This document shows positions 9,459-21,749 of a DNA stretch of 64,000 nucleotides, one piece after another. Source of the stretch: an uncultured Acidobacteriaceae bacterium. GTDB taxonomy: Bacteria; Acidobacteriota; Terriglobia; Terriglobales; Acidobacteriaceae. Both the position numbers and the translations under genes were made by a program. The number at the start of each line of letters is the position of its first letter. The stretch's first letter is position 1. The notes beneath the pieces were generated by a model. The model saw only the letters and a program-made list of their open reading frames with translations, was not told the origin of the DNA and made no database searches. The DNA lies in the NCBI GenBank assembly GCA_963771535.1, contig CAVYTK010000004.1, forward strand, positions 322,950 through 386,949, read 5' to 3'.

Positions 9459-9865
9459 TGATTAGTAATTAGCAATTAGTAATTAGCAGTGGCGACTAGC
9501 AACTAGCAATTCGCCACTAGCAATTAGCGACTAGCAATTAGCGACTGGCGACAAGCAACTGGCAACTGGCAACTGGCAATTATCAATTATGACGATTGTC
9601 TATCCGTCGCATTTTGGCTTGTCATCACGAGCGCACCTAGGGATCTGCTCTCTGTTTACAGGGACGATGACGTGAGGCCCGGCGATGATACTGGGTTGAT
9701 CAGACCCACCTAGGGGTGATGACGGGAAGTCCGTCGATGACGCCGACAATTCCCAGCCGGGCAAACCCGGCCCGAATGGGCACCCAATTCTTATGGTCTA
9801 TCAGCACCTACTCAGCACCGATCAGCAATCCGACTAGTTGCTAGTTGCTAGTTGCTAGTTGCTTC
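9456..9865. repeat. Intergenic modular repeat block flanked by heptamer arrays
   Basis: 9456-9592 holds about 19 heptamers (CAACTAG / TAGCAAT / TAGTAAT / CTGGCAA). The first overlaps the kinase stop (AGC AAC TAG). The core element is at 9619-9652 and the GGGCAAACCCGG hairpin at 9757-9790. The 35-nt module lies inverted at 9795-9832. 9834-9863 holds CTAGTTG x4, just after the stop of the minus-strand gene. Confidence 0.85.
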
Positions 9866-11058
9866 CTACTTCCCACTTACCAACACTTCCGCTGTCGCCG
9901 ACTTGGATTTGTCCGCATCGCTGGTCGCGACTACATGGTAGGTCCCGGCAGTTGAGGGAGCAATATAGACAGCCATGCTGGCGACCGTGCCTCCCTGGGC
10001 CTTGGCGCCATGGTTCACCATGGTTCCGCCGGAGCTGCCTTCCTGTACCGACCAGGTGACGTCGGTATCGCCGCTACCCGTGACGGTGGCGGAGAAGTCA
10101 TGTGCATCTCCGGCGACGACCTGCGCTTCTGTCGGAGAAATAACGATGGTCACGTTTCCGGTGACCGCGTGCTTTGCTGGGGTGCGAGACATCAGGTAGA
10201 TCACTCCCAGCACCCCCAGCGCCAACACGACCAGCAGGGCAATCACCAACCGGCTGTTGCCGCGTTGCGCGGCGGTGTCGTCGTAGATGTAGAAGAAGGG
10301 TTCGTCTTTGCCGTGCGATGCGACCGCGGCGGCTTTCGCGACCGGCGGCGTGTCCACCGAACGAGCTGCGGCCTCACGCGCTGCCGCTTCCGCCCGTGCC
10401 GTTTTGAGCTGATGCAGGCTCCTCCGGCGTGTCGAGCCAAGTGCTGGTAGCAATGGGAACTGCAACTCGCGCGGCTTCTGGTCGAGCTGAAGTCTCGTCG
10501 AGTGATCTGCCGCACCGCTCGCAGAAGCGGTTCTCCGCCGGATTCTGTGCACCACAGGACGGGCACGTCTGGCTCGCAGCTGCTCGCGGCAGCATCCGTG
10601 GACACCGGAGCTGCCGCAGAGAACTTTTCCGGCAAAGCGTCGATCGGCAACATGCCGCGGGTGGCGGCGATCTCCTCGCCCTCGAGCAGTACCTGCTGTT
10701 CCTGCTGACGGGACAATGGTGCTTCTGCACTGGCAGCAGGCGCGGCCGGTGGCGCGGCTTGATTCACCCGGGTCTGCGGCATGGGATCCGGTTGCGTCGG
10801 AGCTACGGGCGCGGGCACTTGTCGCGGGGGAGGGGTAAACCCGAGCTCCGGCTGTCTCACGCCGGCGGTGTTCGCCGGAGGAAGCGGAGCGCGGAATGCC
10901 TCGACGGTAGATTGGGCGGCGCGGGTTGCGACGGGTGGTTCCGGTGTAACAGGCGTAGCTTCCCGAGTCCTGGCCGGCCGGGGTGCGGCGGCAGTTCCGC
11001 AACTGGCGCAGAACTTGTCGGTCGCTCGCATTGGCTCACCGCAATTTGTGCAGAACAT
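9866..11058 (-). pseudogene. Double zinc-ribbon / Pro-rich / TM / Ig-like (Big_2-like) protein split over three reading frames
   Basis: Frame of ORF 10243..11058: MFCTNCGEPMRATDKFCASCG plus a Pro-rich linker. Frame of 10374..10730: QTCPSCGAQNPAENRFCERCGRSLDE. Frame of 9866..11002: ...KDEPFFYIYDDTAAQRGNSRLVIALLVVLALGVLGVIYLM plus an Ig-like domain (VTIVISPTEAQVVAGDAHDFSATVTGSGDTDVTWSV...). Outside these segments each frame is Arg-rich nonsense. Confidence 0.6.
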
Positions 11059-11089
11059 GGCTTTCTATTTAACCCTGATCCAGTGGATT

Positions 11090-14113
<3,024 letters not shown>

Positions 14114-14131
14114 CGCCTCTAGACGGCACGG

Positions 14132-15138
14132 CTAAAGCCGTGCCCTTTCAAAGCCGGCCCACACCTCAGCCGCCGCGACTACGGTGTTGGCGTGGATCGA
14201 AACCGTGTCCTCGACGTGATTGGCATAGCCGCCGGCGTAGGTGACCATGATCGGAATGTCGCGAGCGCGTGCCACGCGGAAGACCAGCTCATCGCGCTGC
14301 TTTAGCCCGGCGACCGTCAGGTTCAGCCGCCGAGCTGGTCTTCGCGGAAAGGATCGGCTCCGGCTACGTACGAGATGAGTTGCGGGTCGAACTGCCGCAG
14401 CGCTGAGCTGAGCGCGTTGTCCAGCCATGCCAGGTACTCTTCGTCGCTGCATCCGTCGGGCAGGTTCACGTCGATGGACGAAGCCGGCTTCACGTAGGGA
14501 TAGTTGTTCTCCTGATGCAGCGAGATGGTGAAGACGTCCTGCGAGCAGCCCTGCCTCATGTTGCCGCGACCGCCTTCGACGACAGGCGGCGAAGCCGACG
14601 GCAAAGTCGGAGAACTCGCCGCCGGCTTGCTGAAGATAGCCGCCGTGCCATTGCCTTGGTGAACGTCGCAGTCAACGGTCATGGCGCGCTGGATGAGCCC
14701 GCGCTTCTGCACCGAGCGGATGGCGACCGCGATGTCATTGATCATGCAGAAGCCCTCGCCGTGATCGGGGAAGGCATGATGGAAGCCGCCGCCGACATTG
14801 ATGCAGACTCCGTCTTGCAGCGCGCGCTCGGCTGCCAGGATCGAGCCGCCGGCGTGCAGCAGGAACGTGTCCACCACCTGCGGCGAGTAGGGGATCTCCA
14901 TCTGCAGCTCTTCGCGAACCGACAGGCTGCCTTCCATCAGCTTGTTGACGTAATGCGGCGAGTGCACCAGCATCACGTCCTGCTCGGAGGCCGGAGTCGG
15001 CGGTATGAGGTCCGAGGCGTCGACCACTCCCAGCTGCGTAAGGCGCTCGATGATGAGGCGGTACTTGTCGGCGCGGAAGACGTGCTCTCCGATGGGCAGG
15101 AAATACTTCTCGCTATAGACAAGTTTGAAGGGAAGCAT
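14132..15138 (-). CDS. Histone deacetylase / acetoin-utilisation (Zn-dependent deacetylase) family protein, apparently frameshifted near the 3' end
   Basis: Motifs: HHAFPDHGEGFCMINDIAVA, DCDVHQGNGTA, YVAGADPF. ORFs 14323..15204 and 14132..14452 join as ...FREDQLGG|LNLTVAGLKQRDELV... if one base is restored at about 14323-14330. Start ATG 15138 (MLPFKLVYSEKYF) is preferred over 15204, which abuts the divergent start at 15207. Confidence 0.8.
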
Positions 15139-15206
15139 GGCCGCGAGCACAAACAGGCGATTGTACTCCGCCGATGCACACGTGGGTACGTTAAGATGAC
15201 GCATTC

Positions 15207-16070
15207 ATGCTTCCTGCGGCTTCCATTGGCGGCTTTCGCCGCGCTGCCCGCCACAACGTGCTGTCCACGGCGGGCGCGGTGCTGATCATCGTGTTCGTGG
15301 CCTGCGCCCTGTTCGCGCCCTGGATCGCGCCGCAGGATCCGGCGTACATCGACCTGCCTTCGCGCCTCATGGCTCCCTCGGCGGCACACTGGTTCGGCAC
15401 CGACGAATTGGGACGCGACATCCTGTCTCGCGTCATCTATGGCGCGCGCATCTCCATGCTGGTGGGCAGCAGCGTGGTTGCGGCGTCGCTCACCCTGGGA
15501 CTGATCTTCGGCTCCATCGCCGGATTTTATGGCGGCCTGACCGACCGCTTTCTCAACGTGGTGGTGATGAACGCCTTCATGTCGTTTCCCGGAATTCTGC
15601 TGGCCATCGCCTTCGTCGCCTTCCTCGGACCCGGCATCTTCAACCTGATCTTCGCGCTCTCCATCGGCGGCTGGGTGGGATACGCGCGCCTGGTGCGAGC
15701 CCAGGTGCTGGCCGTCCGCGAGCGCGAATTCGTGGAAGCCGCGCGCGCCCTGGGAGCCAGTGACCTGCGCATCATCATCCGGCACATCCTGCCCAACATC
15801 ATTCAGCCGGTGCTGGTGCAAGCCGCGATCGGCATGGCCGGAGCCATCCTGGCCGAGGCCACCATGAGCTTTCTCGGGCTGGGCGTGCCGCCTCCGACCG
15901 CGAGCTGGGGAGCCATGCTCAACGACGCGCGCTCGCATCTGTTCGACTCGCCGCACCTGGTGCTGTTTCCCGCCGCGGCCGTGATGCTGGCCGTGCTGTC
16001 GTTCAACTTCGTAGGCGATGGCCTGCGCGACTACCTCGATCCGCGCTCGCGGCTCGAAGCCGGGATGTAA
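15207..16070 (+). CDS. ABC transporter permease, DppC/OppC (peptide/nickel) type
   Basis: Motifs: WFGTDELGRDILSRVIYGARISM and the EAA loop EAARALGASDLRIIIRHILPN. Six predicted TM segments. No cognate DppA/B/D/F genes lie in the window. Confidence 0.9.
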   Translation: MLPAASIGGFRRAARHNVLSTAGAVLIIVFVACALFAPWIAPQDPAYIDLPSRLMAPSAAHWFGTDELGRDILSRVIYGARISMLVGSSVVAASLTLGLIFGSIAGFYGGLTDRFLNVVVMNAFMSFPGILLAIAFVAFLGPGIFNLIFALSIGGWVGYARLVRAQVLAVREREFVEAARALGASDLRIIIRHILPNIIQPVLVQAAIGMAGAILAEATMSFLGLGVPPPTASWGAMLNDARSHLFDSPHLVLFPAAAVMLAVLSFNFVGDGLRDYLDPRSRLEAGM

Positions 16071-16209
16071 TCGGAAGCTTTGGAATACTCCCTACCCTCT
16101 GTCAACTTTCTGTTCGGCACATCCTTTACTTGCTTCGGTTTAGTGCGATTTTGTCGCTAAATTCCTCATTCTACAGCTAGTTACATGTATATTCCTGATC
16201 TGCAAGGAC

Positions 16210-16887
16210 TTACGACCCGGCTACTGTTACCGCGGGTGTCGCCGTGGGGCTGGCGGAGGCGGGCGGCTTCCTGAGGCCAAGGCCTTCGGCGAGGGCTGTC
16301 CTTATCTCCTGGAGCATGGCGAGCTGGTCGTCGGGCCCGAGTCTTTTGCAGGTGTCGACGATGCCCGGGATGGTGCGGCATCCGACGGCGCTGCGCTTAT
16401 GCCCGGCCAGGTGCGTGGCCGGCGGAGCGCCCGGCTTAGGCTTCGGTGGCGGGAAGACCGCTTCCGGATCGGCGTCGAGATCGAGGTTGGCCGGCAGTCC
16501 GTACTGGCTCGCCAGGCCGGGGGAGCTGGCGACGCTCTCGTGAAGTTCGTCAACCTCGTATTGGCTGCGGTCGGTCCACGCCTGCGCATTTCGTAAGTTG
16601 CCAGCCGCCAGGCGCAAGGCGGTGAGCAAAACCCGGGCGCGCTTCAGTTCGATGACGTCGGCGGCGATGGCTTCGATCACCTGCGAGATTGCGGCCTGCA
16701 CCGCGCGCATGTCCTCCAGCGGAGGCAGGTCGAGCCATAGACGCTCGCCGTTGGCGCGGGCCTGCGCAATCTTCATGCGACGCGCGCGATGGTTGTGGTG
16801 GAAATAACAGTAGTGTTCCCGGAGCAAGGCCGGAGACTGACAAAGATGGCCATCTTCTTTTATATGACGGCAGGTTGAGTAAGGCAT
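16210..16887 (-). CDS. Hypothetical protein with N-terminal Cys/His cluster
   Basis: 225-aa ORF: MPYSTCRHIKEDGHLCQSPALLREHYCYFHHNHRARR, then a helical region and a Pro-rich tail. Composition looks coding and I recognise no family. Confidence 0.65.
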   Translation of the reverse strand: MPYSTCRHIKEDGHLCQSPALLREHYCYFHHNHRARRMKIAQARANGERLWLDLPPLEDMRAVQAAISQVIEAIAADVIELKRARVLLTALRLAAGNLRNAQAWTDRSQYEVDELHESVASSPGLASQYGLPANLDLDADPEAVFPPPKPKPGAPPATHLAGHKRSAVGCRTIPGIVDTCKRLGPDDQLAMLQEIRTALAEGLGLRKPPASASPTATPAVTVAGS

Positions 16888-17239
16888 GTAGGACTCCTTG
16901 GGAATAGCTATCAGCCGTGAGCTATCAAGGAAAGACGAGCGGCAGCTTGATACTTCCCACTTCGAGACTAGAAGCCCAGGTAAGGAGAAGTCACCAAGAT
17001 AGTCGGGTTACCAGGTTACGAAAGGGAAGTTCTTTGGTAACCACTAAATTCCCAGAATGGGAAATCTGTGACGAGATCACAGTCAGGTGTGACGGGAAGA
17101 GAATTGGCAATCAGCAATTTGAAAAGGGGCGCGCCATTCGGTGGGGATTTTTCCGGGAGGAGCTTTGGCCATCATTTTGCGCTTGCCCGAGCGCCAGCCT
17201 GTCGCGATAATCGAGTATCCAAATCCTGCTTAAGTCGCC

Positions 17240-17413
17240 ATGAATCCTCCAGAAAGCATGACTCCCGACGGGGAGTTCACCCGCCGCTCCGCCCACGAGA
17301 GCATCTGTATGTGTTGCTTCCTGACGGTGCGTACCGCTTTTGACCAAACCCTGGAAGAGGCCGAGCGGGAGCATCTTAAGATTTGCCACGAGACGCCCGG
17401 CGCTGCTTCATAG
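17240..17413 (+). CDS. Small hypothetical protein (57 aa), Cys/His-containing
   Basis: Below the ORF-track cut-off, so this is my own translation: MNPPESMTPDGEFTRRSAHESICMCCFLTVRTAFDQTLEEAEREHLKICHETPGAAS*. Codon usage resembles neighbouring genes. No clear RBS. Confidence 0.35.
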   Translation: MNPPESMTPDGEFTRRSAHESICMCCFLTVRTAFDQTLEEAEREHLKICHETPGAAS

Positions 17414-18004
17414 CTGAGGGCTGGTAGTTAGTAATTAGTTAAGACTGAACCGCGTATGTTGGAAACGGTCCCTCTGGCACTCTAAGATGTTCCCAAAAAC
17501 CCAGCGCCGAAGGCGCGACTCAGCGTAGCCCAGCACCGAGCGAAGCGGAGTGCTGGGTAGCGAGCGATTCGCCCCGGAGCCCCGGTCGGGGCTCCGGCAA
17601 CTTGCTGGTGCCGCCGCCATCCCAGCGTTCCGCTGCGCTCCACGCTGGGCTAAGCTGAGTCGTCCCACAGAGTGGGACTGGCTCGTCGAGGCCGCACCGT
17701 CTGCATTCCAACCGATGCAAGGCTGGGGCGGTCGGCGGCACCGGTAGGCCACACCTTGTCGGTCATGCCACCGAGAACAGATCCCTCGCTGCGCTCGTGA
17801 TGACAAACAAAAGCTCGTGATGACAAACAAAAGCTCGCTAAAAAGATGACAAAACAAAAGCTCGTGATGGACCAACAAAAGCTAGTGATGACAAAGCAAA
17901 GCTAGTGATGACAAAGCAAGGCTCGTGATGACAGAACAAAAGCTCGTGATGGCAAAACAAAAGCTCGTGATGGCAAAACAAAAGCTCGTGATGACCAACA
18001 ATAG
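17414..18004. repeat. Hairpin array followed by core repeat and a 10-unit 20-21 bp minisatellite
   Basis: 17520-17700 holds four perfect or near-perfect hairpins (cccagcac..gtgctggg, ccggagcccc-ggtc-ggggctccgg, cccagcg..cgctggg, gtcccac-aga-gtgggac). The core agaacagatccctcgctgcgctc starts at 17775. 17793-18004 holds GCTCGTGATGACAAAACAAAA-like units x10. Confidence 0.85.
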
Positions 18005-18174
18005 TCCCTCCCCGCCAGAAGACGGGGACGGTTCGAGAAAGCCTTCGCTTAGGAGAAACCTAAGGCACTTATCGCCTATCCGTGTCGCCGATTATCAATT
18101 ACCTTTGGCGGAGAACGCCCGAAACTCGTTGCCGGACACACCCTGTCCGGCGGCAGAAAAAGGTGAATGCCCCC

Positions 18175-19401
18175 ATGCACCGCACTCTGTACCGGACCGC
18201 GTCGAACGGTCTTCTTCTCGCCATCATTTTGTTGATCGCCAACCTTGCGAACGCGCAAGGTCCGCGTTGCAACCAGCTCATCCTCGGACCCGAGGGCAGC
18301 TTGAACGGGTTTGTGCCCTTCCTGCCCAACAGTCTATGGAACACCAACATTGCCAATGCGACGGTCGATCCTAATTCCGACGCAATCATAGGTTTCATCG
18401 GCTCAGGGGTGAAACTGCATCCCGACTTTGGCGCCGGTCTGTACCAGGGATCAAGCATCGGCATCCCTTACCAGGTAGTGCCCAACAGTCCGATGTTGGC
18501 TGACATCCACTTCACGGCGTATGGCGATGAGAGCGATCCCGGCCCCATGCCGATTCCGTTCAACGCGCTGATCGAAGGCTATCCCAACCCCGGCGATGGC
18601 GATCGTCATGTGCTGGTGATTGACCGCACGAACTGCTGGCTCTACGAGCTGTATCACGCCTACCGGCAAAGCGATGGCAGCTGGAACGCCGATTCGGCCG
18701 CAGTGTGGGACCTGACGATGAACCAGCAGCGACCGTATACCTGGACCTCGGCCGATGCCGCCGGCTTGCCGATTATGCCGGGACTGGTTCGCTGGGACGA
18801 GGTGAACGCGGGTGCGATCAAGCACGCGGTTCGCTTTACCTTGCAGAACAGCAAGCAGGCGTTCACGCCGCCGGCATCGCACTGGGCGGCGAATTCCGGC
18901 GACCCACTTGCTGCGCCGATGGGAATGCGCATGCGGCTGAAGGCGAGCTTCGACATCTCGGGCTATCCCGCGGATGACCAGGTAATCCTGACGGCGCTCA
19001 AACAATACGGCATGATCATGGCCGACAATGGCGGATCGATGTTCATCAGCGGCACTCCGGATAATCGCTGGAACAATGACGACCTCGATCTACTGAAGCA
19101 GTTGACGGCTTCGGATTTCGAAGTTGTGCTGATCTCGCCGCTGTATGACTCCAACAATGTGCCGACCGGACCGAATCCAACCATCAACAGCTTCACCGCA
19201 AGCGCTTCCGGCGGAGCGGGTCAGCCCGTGACGCTAAGCTGGAACGTGGCGAATGCCGGCTACTCCATAGTGTCGCCGACAGTGGGCGCGGTGCGCGGTA
19301 CCTTCGTAGCCGTGTTTCCCCAGACTACGACGACTTACACGCTATATGCGACCAATCAGTATGGAAGGTCGACGGCGCAGGTGACGGTGAATGTGCCGTG
19401 A
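18175..19401 (+). CDS. Secreted hypothetical protein with C-terminal Ig-like domain
   Basis: Start moved to ATG 18175 (MHRTLYRTASNGLLLAIILLIANLANAQG signal peptide, AAGGTG upstream). The conserved-looking core is DRHVLVIDRTNCWLYELYHAY. The C-terminal PTINSFTASASGGAGQPVTLSWNV...TTYTLYATN resembles the Ig repeats of the 38407 gene. Confidence 0.8.
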   Translation: MHRTLYRTASNGLLLAIILLIANLANAQGPRCNQLILGPEGSLNGFVPFLPNSLWNTNIANATVDPNSDAIIGFIGSGVKLHPDFGAGLYQGSSIGIPYQVVPNSPMLADIHFTAYGDESDPGPMPIPFNALIEGYPNPGDGDRHVLVIDRTNCWLYELYHAYRQSDGSWNADSAAVWDLTMNQQRPYTWTSADAAGLPIMPGLVRWDEVNAGAIKHAVRFTLQNSKQAFTPPASHWAANSGDPLAAPMGMRMRLKASFDISGYPADDQVILTALKQYGMIMADNGGSMFISGTPDNRWNNDDLDLLKQLTASDFEVVLISPLYDSNNVPTGPNPTINSFTASASGGAGQPVTLSWNVANAGYSIVSPTVGAVRGTFVAVFPQTTTTYTLYATNQYGRSTAQVTVNVP

Positions 19402-19863
19402 TGGGAGTAATTAGTGACTAGCCGGTGCCCCAGGTTCGCCCGTCGTTTGGGGCTAACCTGGGGATGGAGGGAGCTGTGGCGGAATGGGGTACCCGGCGAA
19501 GACCACACGTTGTTGCTGATGCACCAGAGAGCAGATCCCTCGCTTCTCTCGTGATGACAAAACAAGAGCCGCGCCTCGAAGAAGTCACTAGTAACTAGTA
19601 ACTAGTGATTAGCAACTACCGATTAGCAACTACCGATTAGCAACTAGCAACTAGCTTAAACGTTTCGCGCTCATTCCAATAGATGGAATGAGTGGGGTAC
19701 TGGACAATATAGCACCAGCTTAGAGCGTCCCACTCAAGCCGCAGACGGCTTGAATGGGGCACCCGACTTATCGGCAGGTACTAACACTAACAACACATCA
19801 CTAACAACTGCCTACTGACAACTTCTTCCTGACAACCGGCAACTGACAACCGACAACTAGTCT
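19402..19863. repeat. Intergenic modular repeat block between convergent genes
   Basis: TAATTAG/ACTAG units start right after the stop. The core cagagagcagatccctcgcttctctcgtgatgaca lies at 19527-19559. Heptamer arrays (ACTAGTA, TAGCAAC) lie at 19575-19660. The hairpin caagccg-caga-cggcttg lies at about 19735-19752. CTGACAAC-type units lie at 19815-19860. Confidence 0.8.
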
Positions 19864-21573
19864 CTACTGCAATGCATAGTTCACGAAGTTGCTGTAGTCC
19901 TTATGCATCTTGTCGTGAGCTGTCTGGTCAAGGTAGACCATGTGTCCTGACGCGTAATAGGTGAAAGCAATATTCTTGTGCAGGTCGGGCGTAACGTTCA
20001 GCTGGTTCATGGTGTACTGCGCGGCCAGGAACGGTGTTGCCATGTCATAGTCGCCCTCCATGACAAGAACCTTGAGATCGGGATCCTTGATCATGGCCGA
20101 GCGCAGCGCCGAGGCCACGTCGGCATATCCCATCTCGAAGCCGCCTCCGGGGAAGCCGGGATTGGGGCGAGCCCAGTTCCAGGTGAAGACGCCGGGGCCG
20201 AGATCGCGGGCTGACGTGTAGTAAGGCATGTCGACCTTGTAGTTCAGTTCGCGGCGAATGTAGTCGTTGAACACCGCGGTGAACGGGCCCTGAGTCGCCG
20301 CCGAGGTGGGATCGAAGCGCCCGTTTTCCAGAGCGCCGTTGGGAGCAGGGCTGGTATAGCGGCCATCGAGACGGCCGACAACTTTGCGCTGATCGGCGAG
20401 CAGCCATTGCATGAAGGTGCGAACGTCGATGCGCATGTTGGCCATCTGTACGACGTTTTTCGGCAGTCCGGTGTACTCGGCGACCTTGTCGATCATGGCG
20501 GAGCGCTCCTCGGGGCTGAGCGAGTCGCCTTTATTCAGCGCCTGCCAGTACTGGTTCATGGCAAAGTCGCTGACCTCCTGGCGGGTATGGTTCATGTCCT
20601 GCGACAGGTTGGGCGCAAGCTTGTGGTGATAGCCGGCGATCATGGTCATGGTCGGCAGGATGAGCGGGTAAGGCACGTCGTTGGTAGGAGCGAATTCGAG
20701 ACTTTCGAAATTCAGCACCATTGAAAGTAAGCAGATGCCGTTGAAGTTGATGCCCTTGTCGGACAGGTATCCGGCGACTCCGGCGGAGCGCGTGGTTCCA
20801 TAGCTTTCGCCGAGCAGGTAGAGCGGCGAGGACCAGCGCTCATAGCGCGAGATGTACATGCGAATGAATTCGCCGAAGGACTCGATGTCGCCCTGCAATC
20901 CCCAGAACTTTTTCGCCTGCTGCATGTCGGCAGGACGGCTGTAGCCGGTGCCGATGGCGTCGATCATCACGATGTCGCTGACGTCGAGCGGAGTGTAGGG
21001 ATTGTCATGCAGACGGTAGGGCGGCTGCGGCATCCAGCCTTCGGGCTGCAACACCACGGTACGCGGACCGAGCGCGCCCATGTGCAGCCAGATCGAAGCC
21101 GAGCCGGGTCCGCCATTGTAGGAGAAGGTCACGGGCCGCTTCGCCGGGTCGGCGCCATCGAGGGTGTAGGCGACGAAGAACATTTCGGCGTCGATCTTGC
21201 CGGTGGTGTCCTTGATGGGCATGCGTCCGGCGGTGGCGGTGTAGTGCAGGGTGCGGCCGTTGATGGTGATCTGGTGATGGGTCTGTACCGGGGCGACTTC
21301 TTTCATGTCCCAGTGATAGTTGGCGGCTGCGCCACCAGCGTGCTCGCCTTCGGACGCAGGCGCGGTGGACTCGTGACGCTGCTCCTGCTGCTGCTCGTGC
21401 TCACGCGTGGGCGCCTGCGGCGGCGCGGTTTGCGGCGGAGCCTCGGTGGCGTTCGATTGCGTGGCAGGGTTGGGATTGCGTACCCGTTCCCGAGGTGCTT
21501 CGGGCTGCTGGGCCACAGCGCCGGCCGCAAGAACCAGGGCCAGGGATGCGACGAGGGGAGAAACGATTTTCAT
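19864..21573 (-). CDS. Serine carboxypeptidase (peptidase S10 family), secreted
   Basis: Start moved to ATG 21573 (MKIVSPLVASLALVLAAGAVAQQ, RBS GAGGA). S10 motifs are FSYNGGPGSASIW and LLGESYGTTR (the GESYxG nucleophile elbow). Confidence 0.85.
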   Translation of the reverse strand: MKIVSPLVASLALVLAAGAVAQQPEAPRERVRNPNPATQSNATEAPPQTAPPQAPTREHEQQQEQRHESTAPASEGEHAGGAAANYHWDMKEVAPVQTHHQITINGRTLHYTATAGRMPIKDTTGKIDAEMFFVAYTLDGADPAKRPVTFSYNGGPGSASIWLHMGALGPRTVVLQPEGWMPQPPYRLHDNPYTPLDVSDIVMIDAIGTGYSRPADMQQAKKFWGLQGDIESFGEFIRMYISRYERWSSPLYLLGESYGTTRSAGVAGYLSDKGINFNGICLLSMVLNFESLEFAPTNDVPYPLILPTMTMIAGYHHKLAPNLSQDMNHTRQEVSDFAMNQYWQALNKGDSLSPEERSAMIDKVAEYTGLPKNVVQMANMRIDVRTFMQWLLADQRKVVGRLDGRYTSPAPNGALENGRFDPTSAATQGPFTAVFNDYIRRELNYKVDMPYYTSARDLGPGVFTWNWARPNPGFPGGGFEMGYADVASALRSAMIKDPDLKVLVMEGDYDMATPFLAAQYTMNQLNVTPDLHKNIAFTYYASGHMVYLDQTAHDKMHKDYSNFVNYALQ

Positions 21574-21749
21574 GATTTCCTCGAAGGATGTGGTTGGATT
21601 GCGATGAAGAGAAACTGTCGTAGTGGAGAAGGGCGCAGTAGAAAACACATCGCGGTGGCGATGATAAACCGTCACGAATGTTAAAGGGAAATGTATGGGC
21701 GATGACTATAGCGTAAACGGGGAGCCTGATCAGGACATGAGGGCTGCGA

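Noticed and set aside
14973-15956. 327-aa minus-strand ORF across the DppC permease gene
   Set aside because: It is antisense to a permease with a clear EAA loop, and its composition is dominated by Arg, His, Asp and Gly.
16917-17210. 97-aa GTG-initiated ORF in the 16888-17239 intergenic region
   Set aside because: It lies in a lower-GC, palindrome-rich stretch, has no RBS, and has an Arg/Ser/Lys-rich composition unlike neighbouring genes. I kept only the ATG-initiated 57-aa ORF downstream, and that at low confidence.
17793-18004. Possible CRISPR array (regular about 21-bp periodicity)
   Set aside because: The units are contiguous with no unique spacers, they are too short, and no cas genes are present. 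This is a minisatellite.
17925-18374. 149-aa ORF starting MMTEQKLVMAKQKLVMAKQKLVM
   Set aside because: Its N-terminus is just the translated minisatellite. Its remainder overlaps, out of frame, the 5' region of the well-supported 18175 gene.
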